Source: Candidatus Multivorans sp.
GTDB lineage: Bacteria > Acidobacteriota > Thermoanaerobaculia > Multivoradales > Multivoraceae
Assembly (NCBI GenBank): GCA_965247095.1
Contig: OZ251997.1
Location: forward strand, 2,080,001 to 2,144,000
DNA: 64,000 nucleotides
Direction: 5' to 3'
The notes below the pieces were generated by a model. It saw nothing but the letters and a program-made list of their open reading frames with translations. It did not search any database and had not been told where the DNA came from. Of the stretch, positions 1 to 9,436 are shown piece after piece. Position 1 is the stretch's first letter. Each line of letters begins with the position of its first letter. The translations under genes were made by a program, and so were the position numbers.

Positions 1-1295
1 ATCTCGACCGCGATTCCATGCTGCAGGTGATGGCCGGGCACGGCCTCGTGCAGAGACAGCGCCTCCAGCGCATAGAACGGCCGGCTCGGTAGGTTGTAGG
101 TGTTCACCCAGTAGATGCCGGGCTGGGTGCTGCCGACGGCGGCGGACACGTAGCGCCCGGAGGTGTACTTCGGGGCCATGTGGTCCGGAACCGGCTCGAT
201 CGTGTAGGGCAGCCGCGGCAACGTGGCGAACAGCGAAGGCAGCTTGCCGTCCATCTTCTTTGCGATCCAGGCAGCCCGCTCCAGCAGCTCCTGCCCGGTC
301 TTCGGGTAGAACCGGGGGTCGGTGCGCAGGAACTCGAGAAACTCGGCGAAGGAGCCCTCGAAACCGGTTTCGCGGATCACTTCCTCCATCTCGGCCCGGA
401 TCCGCTCGACCTCGCTGAGGCCGATCTCGTGTACCTCTTCGGGCGTCAGGTCGAGAGTCGTGAACCAGCGGACCTGGCTCTCGTAGTACGCCCTGCCGCC
501 CGGCAGATCGGAGGCGCCGACGGTCTCTCTCGTGTTCGGCAGGTACTCGCCGACGAAGAAGTCGTAGAACCCCTGGTAGGCCGGCACCACCGCCTCGGTG
601 ATCGCGGCCTCGGCCTCGGTCAGGATCCGCTCCCGGTCCATCTCCTCGACCGCCTTCGGCAGGTCCTCGAACGGGGCCCAGAAGGCGCTGTCCTGCGGCT
701 CGTCTGTGATGTGGGCGGAGATCGTGTCCTCGTAGCCCTCGAGCGTTATCCGCGGCAGGGTGAAGCCGCGGTCGAGCCCGGCGCGCATGTGGTCCTGCTG
801 CTGCTCGAAGTAAGTCGGCAGCGCCCGCATCCTGGCGATGTAGTCGTCGTAGTGGTCCGGGGTCCTGAACGGCATCGAGCGGTACATCCGCGCAAACCCC
901 ATGTGGAAACCGGAGTCCGCGTTGAGCGGCATCTGATATTCGCCGAGTTCGAAGCTGCGCACGCTGTTGCGGAGCTGGCGCTCGAACATCCGCGCGTTGA
1001 TCCGGTCCGCCGAGCTGAGCCCAGAGACGTCGATCTCCTCGAACCGCCGCAGGAGATCGCGACGCCGTTCGACCCTGCGCTCGATCGCCTCCAGGCTGGC
1101 GTCGGTCAACTCGTCGTTCCGGCTGTGGTCGCCGACACTCGTTGCGAACTGCGGACTCTCGAGCAGCCTGGCCGCCCAGTCCTCATCGAACAGCGCGTAG
1201 AGTTGCTCGCGCGCGTCCGGCGCCGGCACGCAGGCGGCGAATGCCAGCAGCAACAGCAGCCCGGGAACCGCCCTATCCAGTCGCAACCGGTTCAT
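1..1295 (-). CDS. DUF885 family lipoprotein, 3' end outside window
   Basis: Not in the ORF track because it runs off the edge. Manual translation from ATG at 1295 gives MNRLRLDRAVPGLLLLLAFAAC (lipobox-like), then REQLYALFDEDWAARLE, ...YIARMRALP..., IAKKMDGKLPSLFATLPRLPYTIEP, APKYTSGRY, YWVNTYNL, LSLHEAVPGHHLQH, which is typical of DUF885. Confidence 0.85.
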   Translation of the reverse strand, partial: MNRLRLDRAVPGLLLLLAFAACVPAPDAREQLYALFDEDWAARLLESPQFATSVGDHSRNDELTDASLEAIERRVERRRDLLRRFEEIDVSGLSSADRINARMFERQLRNSVRSFELGEYQMPLNADSGFHMGFARMYRSMPFRTPDHYDDYIARMRALPTYFEQQQDHMRAGLDRGFTLPRITLEGYEDTISAHITDEPQDSAFWAPFEDLPKAVEEMDRERILTEAEAAITEAVVPAYQGFYDFFVGEYLPNTRETVGASDLPGGRAYYESQVRWFTTLDLTPEEVHEIGLSEVERIRAEMEEVIRETGFEGSFAEFLEFLRTDPRFYPKTGQELLERAAWIAKKMDGKLPSLFATLPRLPYTIEPVPDHMAPKYTSGRYVSAAVGSTQPGIYWVNTYNLPSRPFYALEALSLHEAVPGHHLQHGIAVE

Positions 1296-1395
1296 CAGCG
1301 GCGCAACCCTATCGCGGTCCAAGGACCCCTAAGCCCGGCGCGTTAGCGCCGCCAAACGCCTCGCAGGCTCGGAGTTTGGCCCCAGCCCCCACCTT

Positions 1396-1454
1396 CCCTG
1401 GAGTCTGCGCGCATAAACTCACGACGTTGCGCCTCTGCAGCGCAGACTCCAGGG
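1396..1454. repeat. Perfect 15-bp inverted repeat with 29-nt spacer
   Basis: CCCTGGAGTCTGCGC (1396-1410) and GCGCAGACTCCAGGG (1440-1454), in the divergent intergenic region. Confidence 0.8.
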
Positions 1455-1467
1455 TCCGCTACCGCGC

Positions 1468-2631
1468 GTGAAGAACCTGATCGCTCTCCTGCTCGCACTT
1501 GCCGTGGCCGGCGCCTCCGCCCCGCCAGCCTCCACGCTCGAACTTCGTCGCGGGGACCGCCTCTGCCTGGTCGGCAACACGTTCGCGGAGCGGTTCCAGC
1601 TCTTCGGCTACTTCGAAAGCGGTCTGCTGGCCGCCTTCCCGGACCTTGATCTGTCCGTGCGCAACCTCGCCTGGTCGGCGGACGAAGCGGCGCTGCGCCC
1701 GCGGCCGCTCGACTTCGGCGCCGTCGACCGGCATCTTGAGGCGCAGGGCGCGGATGTCGTCCTCCTGTTCTACGGCGCGAACGAGTCGTTCGAAGGCAGC
1801 GAGGGTCTCCCGGCGTTCAGGAACGATCTGGGACGTCTGCTTCGTCATGTCTCAAAGCAGCTCTACAACGGCGCCGAGCCTGCCCGTGTGGCGCTCGTCT
1901 CGCCGATACCCCAGCAGGTTCTACCGGACGGTCGGGGTCTCGACGCGGCGGCCGTCGAACGCCGCAACGCCGAACTGCGGACCTACGCCGAAGCGGCCGA
2001 AGCCGTTGCGGCTGCGAACAACGTGCCCTTCCTCGACATCTTCGATGGGGTTGCGGCCGCGTTTGCCGGCGAGCCGGCGCCGTTGACGATCAACGGTGTG
2101 CATCTGAACGAGGCCGGCTACTGGCACGCCTCCCGGGCGCTGCTCGAAGCGCTCGGCGCTTCGGCGCCGGGATCGGTCGTCGCCTCGGCAGAGGGCAATC
2201 CCCACCTCCAGATTCGCCCTCCGGTTCTGCCGCCGGCGCCCCACGAGGATTCCCCACGCCTCCGGATCAGCGTCCGCGACCTGGCCCCCGGCACCTACGT
2301 TCTACGGCGCGGCGACGAGATCCTGGCCTCGGCAAGCGACGGAGACTGGGCGCGGGGCCTCGACCTGGAAGCGTCGTCGGTCATGACGGCCCTGCTGGAG
2401 GCCGGCGACGGTCTGCGCCGCGTGGTGCTCCGCAAGGGCCGGCTGTTCTTCGACCGCTACCGCGCCGTGAACGGCTACTACATCTACGGCGGACGCAAGG
2501 AACCCTTCGGCGTCCACTCGTTCCCGCCCGAGATGGTTCGCTTCGACGAACTGGTCGGTGAACTCGACCGCGAAGCCATGGCGCTCGCCCGCTCGGGCGA
2601 AGTCTGGCGCTTGGAGCGCGTCGACCGATGA
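1468..2631 (+). CDS. Secreted SGNH/GDSL-like protein (PVC-type, atypical nucleophile motif)
   Basis: Signal peptide; LVGNTFAER in block I, RNLAWSAD, GANE, NGVHLN; overlaps the next gene (ATGA). Confidence 0.8.
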   Translation: MKNLIALLLALAVAGASAPPASTLELRRGDRLCLVGNTFAERFQLFGYFESGLLAAFPDLDLSVRNLAWSADEAALRPRPLDFGAVDRHLEAQGADVVLLFYGANESFEGSEGLPAFRNDLGRLLRHVSKQLYNGAEPARVALVSPIPQQVLPDGRGLDAAAVERRNAELRTYAEAAEAVAAANNVPFLDIFDGVAAAFAGEPAPLTINGVHLNEAGYWHASRALLEALGASAPGSVVASAEGNPHLQIRPPVLPPAPHEDSPRLRISVRDLAPGTYVLRRGDEILASASDGDWARGLDLEASSVMTALLEAGDGLRRVVLRKGRLFFDRYRAVNGYYIYGGRKEPFGVHSFPPEMVRFDELVGELDREAMALARSGEVWRLERVDR

Positions 2632-5600
2632 ACCGTCTTCCCTTCGCTGCCGTGCTGGCCGCGGCTCTTGTTGTCGGCCCGGCCGCGGCCCAGGAAGTCG
2701 CCGACGAGGAGCCGAACCGCGGCGGCGAACCGCGGCACGAAGCGCTCGATCCCGCGTACGCGCTGGAACACCTCCACCCGGCCGAGGGCTACGAGGTCTC
2801 CCTGTTCGCTTCCGAGCAGGACTTCCCGATCGGCAACCCGGTGTCCATGACATTCGACTCCCAGGGCCGGCTCTGGGTGGCGACCATGCCGTCCTATCCG
2901 CAGCGCCTGCCGAACGAGGAACCGGACGACAAGATCATCATCCTCGAGGACCGGGACGGCGACGGCCGCGCCGATCACCACACGGTCTTCGCACGCGGCC
3001 TGCACCTGCCCACCGGCTTCGAACTCGGCGACGGCGGCGCCTACGTGGCGCAGCAGCCGAATCTGATGTTCATCCAGGACACCGACGGCGACGACGTGGC
3101 CGACCGCTACGAGGTCATCCTCCACGGCTTCGGCACCGAGGACAGCCACCACTCGATCTCCGCCTTCACCTGGGGTCCGGGCGGCGCGCTCTACTTCCAG
3201 GAGGGCACCTTCCACCACAGCCAGGTCGAGACCCCCTACGGCCCGGTGCGCCTGGTCGACGCCGGGGTCTTCCGCTACAAGCCCCAGCGCTTCCAGCTCG
3301 AGGTCTTCGTCTCGTACCCGTTCGCCAATCCGTGGGGGCACATCTTCGACCGCTGGGGCCAGAACTTCATCGCCGACGCCTCCGGCGGCGCGAACTACTT
3401 CGGCGCCCCGATCACCGGCAACGCGCCCTACCCGACGAAGCGACGACGGATGAAGGTGTTCACACAGGTCGTCCGGCCGACCTCCGGCTGCGAGATCGTC
3501 AGCTCGCGCCACTTTCCCGACGAGGCCCAGGGCAACTTCCTGGTCAACAACACGATCGGCTTTCAGGGCATCAAGCAGCACCGCGTGATCGAGGAGGATT
3601 CGGGCTTCACCTCGGAGGAGGTCGAGCCCCTCCTCTACTCGACGGACATCAACTTCCGGCCCGTCGACCTGCAGTTCGCGCCGGACGGCTCGCTCTACCT
3701 GGTCGACTGGTTCAACCCCCTGATCGGCCACATGCAGTACTCGCTGCGCGACGAGCGGCGCGACCACGACCATGGCCGCGTCTGGCGCGTGCGGTACACT
3801 GGCAAGCCCCTGCTCAACCCGCCGGAGATCGCCGACGCCTCGACCCCGGCGCTGATCCGTCTGCTCGAGAGCTACGAGGATCGCACCCGTTACCGCGTCC
3901 GCCGGGAACTGCGGGAACGCCCGAGGGACCAGGTCCTGGCCGCGCTGCGTGACTGGCTCGATGGCTTTGATGTGCGGGAGAGCCGCCAAAGCCGCTTCCA
4001 GGCCGGGCAAGAGACGGGCGCCGACGAGGACGACCGGGCCGACGAGGACGGCCAGAAGAAGGTCGCCGGATTCGAACACCACCGCCTGGAGGGGCTCTGG
4101 CTCTACCAGAGCCTGAACGTCGTCGAACCCGATCTCCTGGCCCGGATGCTCCGTTCGCCCGAACCGCGGGCGCGGGCCGCCGCGACCCGGGTGGCCCGCT
4201 TCCGGCGCCGCGAACTCGACGAGCCGCTGGCGATCCTGGCCACCCAGGTCGAGGACGAGTTTCCGCGCGCCCGGCTCGAAGCACTGCTGGGCTTAAGCTA
4301 CCTGGAGTCGGAACCGGCGGCGCTGGCGGCACTCGGAGCGCTCGATCGGCCCACCGACTACTACCTCGACTACACCCTGGGCGAAACCGTCGACACGCTG
4401 GCGCCCTGGTGGCAGCCCGCGCTCGCTCCCAACCGCGAGCCTCCCCTGCTCGACGAGCTGCCGGCCGCCGCGGGCGAGTATCTGCTCAGCCGCCTGTCCA
4501 CGCGGGACCTGGAACAGCTCGCGGCCCATCCGCTGGCCGACCGTGCGCTGCTGCGCCGCGCCGGGGCGAGCGTCGAACGCCAACGCCAGGCCATCGCCAA
4601 CCTGGCCGCGGGCCGCGCGACGACCAACGCCGAAGACGCACCGATCAACATCGCGGAAGCTGCCACGGCCCTGCTGATGGAAGAACTGGGCCGCCTCGAC
4701 CGGGTCGACCCTCCCGCACCGGAGACCGTCGACCGGATCGTTCTCCACCTGCTGGAGCGGACGGCCGCTGCACTGGGTACAGCGCAGCCGGCGCTTCGCG
4801 AGCTGGCGGCGGACGGCGCCCGCCAGAAGGTTCGAAGCGGCGCCATGGCCGCCCTGATGGTGGCCGCAGGCGACACGTCGCCACGGAGCGTGCTGCCCCG
4901 CCGGCCGGCGCCGAACCAACTGGTCGACTGGCTGCGAGCCATAGACGCCCTGCCGGTCTCGCTGCGTGACGATGCCTATCCATCGGTGTCCTCGCTCTTC
5001 GACGACCGGCGCGGCCCGGACCGGCAACGGGTGCTCGAAGCGGCTGTGCATACGCTGGCCGGTATTGTCCGCGACGCCGGCAGGAGCTTTGAACGGCTGG
5101 CTGGTCTGACCGCCGATCCCGCGATCGGCCTGGCCGCGCTCGAGGGTCTCGGGCAACTGACGGCCGAGGCGCCGGACGCCTGGCCGGCGGACGGCGGCGA
5201 AGAAGCCCTCGCCGCCCCGATCGTCGCCGCGATCGAGGACGCCGATCCGCGCGACCTCAGCTCGCCACGCTTCCGGCGCATTCACGACCTGGGCCTCCGG
5301 GTCGCCGACCGGATGATCGAGCGGAACGGGGACGCACGCGGCGCCGAACTGCGCGAGGAGCTCGTCAACCTCGGGCCGGCGATCGTGATGCTGCGGCCCG
5401 TCCCCCACCAGATGCTCTTCGACCTCGAGGAGTTCACGGTGCGGGCCGGCGGACCGGTCGAGATCACCTTCGAGAACATCGACGTGATGCCCCACAACGT
5501 CGTCGTCACGCGACCGGGGGCGCTGGAGGAAGTGGGCCGCGCAGCCGATGCCGAGGCGGAGCGCAACCCGGCCACAGCCGTTGCCTCGGGCTACGTTCCG

Positions 5601-6326
5601 AAGACGCCCCTGGTCCTGTTCAAGACCGGTCTGGTCCAGCCGGGCGGCACGGAGGTGCTGAGCTTCACCGCTCCGAAGTCACCCGGCCTCTACCCCTTCG
5701 TCTGCACCTTCCCCGGCCACTGGATCCTGATGAAGGGCACGATGCGCGTGGTCGAGCGGCTCGACGGAACCGCGGTCACCCGCTACGCCGCGCCGCGCCT
5801 CGCTCCCGACGTGCCCCAGCGAGCCTTTGTCGCCGACTGGAGCTACGACATGCTGGAGATCGACGTCGGCGAACTCATGGCGGCGACGGCGCCGCCCGCG
5901 GCCGCCGAGCAGCTCGACCGCGGCAGGCGACTCTTTGTCGAAACCGGCTGCGCCACCTGCCATCAGCTCGGCGGCGCCGGCGGTGAGATCGGTCCTGCCC
6001 TGGACGACATAGGCGTTCGCTTGACCGCGCTCGACACCCTGCGGCACATCCTCGAACCCTCGGGCGAGGTGGCCGAGGACTACCGCACCTGGCTCGTCGA
6101 AACCCGCGACGGCCGCTTCTACTCCGGGCTTCTCGCCTCCGCCGACGACCGCTCCGTCCGCATCCGTTCGAACCCCCTGGACCCGAACCACGTCGAGACG
6201 ATTCCGCGCGAGGAGGTCGAGAGCCTCGACGAGTCCTCCCTTTCGACCATGCCCAGCGGCCTCCTCAGCACGCTCCAACCGTCGGAGGTCCAGGATCTGA
6301 TCCGCTACGTCCTGCACTCGCCGTGA
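2628..6326 (+). CDS. PVC-type membrane-bound-dehydrogenase-like protein: beta-propeller, HEAT repeats, cupredoxin domain and c-type heme domain
   Basis: Signal peptide; propeller motifs (ILEDRDGDGRAD, FRPVDLQFAPDGSLYLVDW); HEAT-like region; type-1 Cu ligands MPHN...CTFPGHWILM; CATCH heme motif, IGPAL and distal STMPSGL. Confidence 0.85.
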   Translation: MNRLPFAAVLAAALVVGPAAAQEVADEEPNRGGEPRHEALDPAYALEHLHPAEGYEVSLFASEQDFPIGNPVSMTFDSQGRLWVATMPSYPQRLPNEEPDDKIIILEDRDGDGRADHHTVFARGLHLPTGFELGDGGAYVAQQPNLMFIQDTDGDDVADRYEVILHGFGTEDSHHSISAFTWGPGGALYFQEGTFHHSQVETPYGPVRLVDAGVFRYKPQRFQLEVFVSYPFANPWGHIFDRWGQNFIADASGGANYFGAPITGNAPYPTKRRRMKVFTQVVRPTSGCEIVSSRHFPDEAQGNFLVNNTIGFQGIKQHRVIEEDSGFTSEEVEPLLYSTDINFRPVDLQFAPDGSLYLVDWFNPLIGHMQYSLRDERRDHDHGRVWRVRYTGKPLLNPPEIADASTPALIRLLESYEDRTRYRVRRELRERPRDQVLAALRDWLDGFDVRESRQSRFQAGQETGADEDDRADEDGQKKVAGFEHHRLEGLWLYQSLNVVEPDLLARMLRSPEPRARAAATRVARFRRRELDEPLAILATQVEDEFPRARLEALLGLSYLESEPAALAALGALDRPTDYYLDYTLGETVDTLAPWWQPALAPNREPPLLDELPAAAGEYLLSRLSTRDLEQLAAHPLADRALLRRAGASVERQRQAIANLAAGRATTNAEDAPINIAEAATALLMEELGRLDRVDPPAPETVDRIVLHLLERTAAALGTAQPALRELAADGARQKVRSGAMAALMVAAGDTSPRSVLPRRPAPNQLVDWLRAIDALPVSLRDDAYPSVSSLFDDRRGPDRQRVLEAAVHTLAGIVRDAGRSFERLAGLTADPAIGLAALEGLGQLTAEAPDAWPADGGEEALAAPIVAAIEDADPRDLSSPRFRRIHDLGLRVADRMIERNGDARGAELREELVNLGPAIVMLRPVPHQMLFDLEEFTVRAGGPVEITFENIDVMPHNVVVTRPGALEEVGRAADAEAERNPATAVASGYVPKTPLVLFKTGLVQPGGTEVLSFTAPKSPGLYPFVCTFPGHWILMKGTMRVVERLDGTAVTRYAAPRLAPDVPQRAFVADWSYDMLEIDVGELMAATAPPAAAEQLDRGRRLFVETGCATCHQLGGAGGEIGPALDDIGVRLTALDTLRHILEPSGEVAEDYRTWLVETRDGRFYSGLLASADDRSVRIRSNPLDPNHVETIPREEVESLDESSLSTMPSGLLSTLQPSEVQDLIRYVLHSP

Positions 6327-8866
6327 TGCGCAAGTGCTGCTGGCGGCCCGTCGTCCTCCTGTCCGCCGCGGCGGCAGCCGGCGCACCGGCGGCGGCTCAG
6401 CACGGCGCCGTAGGCGGGGAATGGCGCGAGTACGGCGGCGACGCCGGCGGCACCAAGTACGCGCCGCTCGGGCAGATTCACCGCGGCAACGTTCAGGACA
6501 TCGAAGTGCGCTGGCGCTGGGCCTCGCCCGACAACGCGATCGCCGAACCGGGCGGGGAACAGAGCATCGTCGCGTTCGAGTCGACGCCCCTGATGATCGG
6601 CGGCGTGCTCTACACGAGTACGTCCTTCAGTCAAGCGGCAGCGGTCGACGGGGAAACCGGTGAGCAGATCTGGGTCTACGATCCGAAAAGCTACCTGTCC
6701 GGCCGCCCCCCGAACAACGGCTTTCTCCACCGCGGCCTCGCCTACTGGACCGACGGCGAAACGGAGACCGTCTACCTCGCCACCGGCGACGCCCGCCTGA
6801 TCGCGCTCGATCCGGCCACCGGCACGCCCCGGACGGGCTTCGGCAGCGGCGGCACGGTCGAGCTCGCCGCGGGCATTCGTTCCCTCAGCGGCACGTCAGA
6901 CCAGTACGGACACACCTCGCCGCCGGCAGTGGTCGGCGACGTGCTGGTCGTCGGCTCGTCGGTCATGGACTGGGCGCCGCGGCCCGAGTGGCCGCCGGGT
7001 GACGTCCGCGGCTACGACGCCAGGACGGGCCGGCGCCTGTGGACCTTCCACACCGTGCCGCGACCGGGCCAGCTCGGCTACTCGACCTGGCAGAACGGCG
7101 CCGCCGAGCGCGTCGGCGGAGCGAACGTGTGGGCGCCGATGACCGCCGACCCGGAGCTCGGCTATGTCTACCTGCCCGTCAGCGCGCCGTCGAACCACTT
7201 CTACGGCGGTCATCGCAAGGGCGACAACCTGTTCGCCAACAGCCTGGTCTGCCTCGACGCCAGGACCGGCCGCCGCGTGTGGCACTACCAGGTCGTCCAC
7301 CACGACGTCTGGGACTTCGACCTCCCGTCGCCGCCCAACCTCGTCGATATCATCGTCGGCGGCAGGGACATCCCCGCCGTCGCCCTGGTCACGAAGCAGG
7401 GCTGGGTCTTCGTCTTCGACCGCCGCAACGGCAAGCCGGTGTGGCCGATCCACGAGGTTCCGGCGCCCCAGTCCCAGGCGCCGGGCGAACGGACGGCGCT
7501 GACACAGCCCCGGCCGACGAAGCCGCCTCCCTTCGACCGCCAGGGAATCGCTCGGGAACAACTCACCCAGGGCGCTGAAGAGGTGCTCGCCGACCTCGAC
7601 TGGGGGCCGATCTACACGCCGCCGTCCACGCGCGGCGCCGTCATCTACCCGGGCCTCGGCGGCGGCGCGAACTGGGGCGGCGCGGCGTTCGATCCCACCG
7701 ATTCGACCCTCTACGTGCCGGTGCTCGGAGTCGTCCCGTTCGTGGTCCGCCTCAACTACTCGGGTATCCCTGACTATCTTCTCTACGAGACATCCATCCT
7801 CGGCGCCCCGGGCAACCGTTACCTGCTCAAGCCGCCGTGGGGTCACATCACCGCCTACGACCTCGACCGCGGCGAGATGCTCTGGCAGCGGACGAACGAC
7901 GGGTTCGACGGCTACGCCGGCACCGCGTCTCTCCTCGCCACCCAGGAACTCCTCTTCTACGCCAACCGGTCGCGGCCGGTGCTGACCGTCCTCGACGCCG
8001 CGAACGGCGATGTGCTCCGCACCATCCCCCTGCCGGGCCGCGCCTCCGGCGTACCGATGAGCTACACCGCCTCCGGCCGCCAGTACGTCGTCGTCGCGGT
8101 GGGCGCCGACGGCGATGACGCCGAACTGGTCGCCCTCTCCTTAGCCTCTGACCTGCCGGAGCAGCACCCCGGCACCCTGGGATTCGCCGTCACTACAACC
8201 GCGGTGCGGGAATCCGACGGTGAGGTCACCTTGAGCGTGGTCCGCGCCGGCGGCAGCGACGGCGCCGTCAGCGTCAACTTGCGGACGGCCGGCGGCTCCG
8301 CCACCCCGGATGTCGACTACGAGCCGGTTGCCCGGACTCTCGCCTGGGGCCACGGCGACAGCGCCGCAAGAACGCTGAGCCTCCAACTCCTGGCCGACGC
8401 CGTGAACGAGGAAGCCGAGACGATCGAGCTCGAACTCGACGATCCCCGCGGCGGCGCCGCTCTCGGCGACCGGCGCATGGTCGTGACCGTCGACGACGGC
8501 ACAAGCACACCGATCGGGGAATGCGTCGCCGACGCGACCACTCTGTGCCTCAACGGCGGCCGCTTCCGCGTCCGCGTCCGCTACGCCACCGCCCTCGGCG
8601 AAACCGGATACGGCGATGGCGTCCTGCTCACGGAAGACACCGGGTACTTCACCTTCTTCAACCCCTCGAACATCGAGATCGTGGTGAAGGTCCTCGACGG
8701 CTGCGCGCTGAACGGCAGGTACTGGCTCTACGCCACCGGGCTCACGGACCTCGACGTCGAGCTGGAAGTCGCCGATCCACTGACCCAGACCCGACATGTC
8801 CTCGTGAGTCCGCTCCAGGAAGCGTTCCAGCCCATCGCGGACACCAGGGCCTTCGACTGCCAGTAG
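6323..8866 (+). CDS. PQQ-dependent glucose/quinate dehydrogenase-like protein with Calx-beta domain and C-terminal LCLNGGRF domain
   Basis: Signal peptide; EWREYGGDAGGTKYAPL, FESTPL, GDVRGYDARTG, HHDVWDFD, GGANWGG; Calx-beta (VRESDGEVTLSVVRAGGSDG...ATPDVDY); terminal CxxxxxxLCLNGGRF...VKVLDGC...DTRAF domain. Confidence 0.85.
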   Translation: MMRKCCWRPVVLLSAAAAAGAPAAAQHGAVGGEWREYGGDAGGTKYAPLGQIHRGNVQDIEVRWRWASPDNAIAEPGGEQSIVAFESTPLMIGGVLYTSTSFSQAAAVDGETGEQIWVYDPKSYLSGRPPNNGFLHRGLAYWTDGETETVYLATGDARLIALDPATGTPRTGFGSGGTVELAAGIRSLSGTSDQYGHTSPPAVVGDVLVVGSSVMDWAPRPEWPPGDVRGYDARTGRRLWTFHTVPRPGQLGYSTWQNGAAERVGGANVWAPMTADPELGYVYLPVSAPSNHFYGGHRKGDNLFANSLVCLDARTGRRVWHYQVVHHDVWDFDLPSPPNLVDIIVGGRDIPAVALVTKQGWVFVFDRRNGKPVWPIHEVPAPQSQAPGERTALTQPRPTKPPPFDRQGIAREQLTQGAEEVLADLDWGPIYTPPSTRGAVIYPGLGGGANWGGAAFDPTDSTLYVPVLGVVPFVVRLNYSGIPDYLLYETSILGAPGNRYLLKPPWGHITAYDLDRGEMLWQRTNDGFDGYAGTASLLATQELLFYANRSRPVLTVLDAANGDVLRTIPLPGRASGVPMSYTASGRQYVVVAVGADGDDAELVALSLASDLPEQHPGTLGFAVTTTAVRESDGEVTLSVVRAGGSDGAVSVNLRTAGGSATPDVDYEPVARTLAWGHGDSAARTLSLQLLADAVNEEAETIELELDDPRGGAALGDRRMVVTVDDGTSTPIGECVADATTLCLNGGRFRVRVRYATALGETGYGDGVLLTEDTGYFTFFNPSNIEIVVKVLDGCALNGRYWLYATGLTDLDVELEVADPLTQTRHVLVSPLQEAFQPIADTRAFDCQ

Positions 8867-8869
8867 CAG

Positions 8870-9436
8870 TCACTCCACGGCGAACAGAGCCCTGAGCGCC
8901 GCGTCGAGCGTCGCCCCTCGCCTGTCGACGGCGACCAACCGACCGTGGCGGTCGAACAGCAGCGACCGCGGCGGGTACTCCACCTGGAAGCGCCGTGCCA
9001 CGGACCCGCTCGCGCCCCGTCCATCGAGTACGACGGGCCAGGTGACGCCGTGCCGGCGGCCGAAGCTCCGCAAGTCGCGGCGCGCCGAGCGGTCGAGCGA
9101 GACGGACAGGATGACCAATCCCCGGTCGCCGTAGGCCGCACTGGCCCGTTCGAGATGGGGAAAGTCGGCAAGGCAGGGAGCGCACCAGGTGGCCCAGAAC
9201 TCGAGCAGAACGACGCGATTCTCAAGATCGGCCGCGGCCCAGACCCGGCCGTCGACATCCCGCACTTCGAGATCCGCCCACACTTCAGCTAGCCCGGGGC
9301 CGCGGGCGCCCTGAGGTACTGGCAGGTCCGCACGACCGGGAGAGGATCCTCCATCCAGTGCGAACCCGGCCGGCACCGCCAAGGCGAGAGCCAGCGTCGC
9401 CGCCGGAGCAAGCCGGAGAACGGACCGGCGCGGCAC
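8870..9436 (-). CDS. TlpA/ResA-like thioredoxin-family disulfide reductase (copy 1)
   Basis: Signal peptide; VVLLEFWATWCAPC; start overlaps the TBDR stop (TAGTG). Confidence 0.9.
   Translation of the reverse strand: MPRRSVLRLAPAATLALALAVPAGFALDGGSSPGRADLPVPQGARGPGLAEVWADLEVRDVDGRVWAAADLENRVVLLEFWATWCAPCLADFPHLERASAAYGDRGLVILSVSLDRSARRDLRSFGRRHGVTWPVVLDGRGASGSVARRFQVEYPPRSLLFDRHGRLVAVDRRGATLDAALRALFAVE

Noticed and set aside
180-1346. Long shadow ORFs such as 180..1346+, 9358..11976+, 25070..27886+, 28907..30778-, 46045..48198+ and 60171..61844+
   Set aside because: They are antisense or alternate-frame to well-supported genes and have Arg/Pro/Ala-rich composition typical of high-GC stop-codon scarcity.
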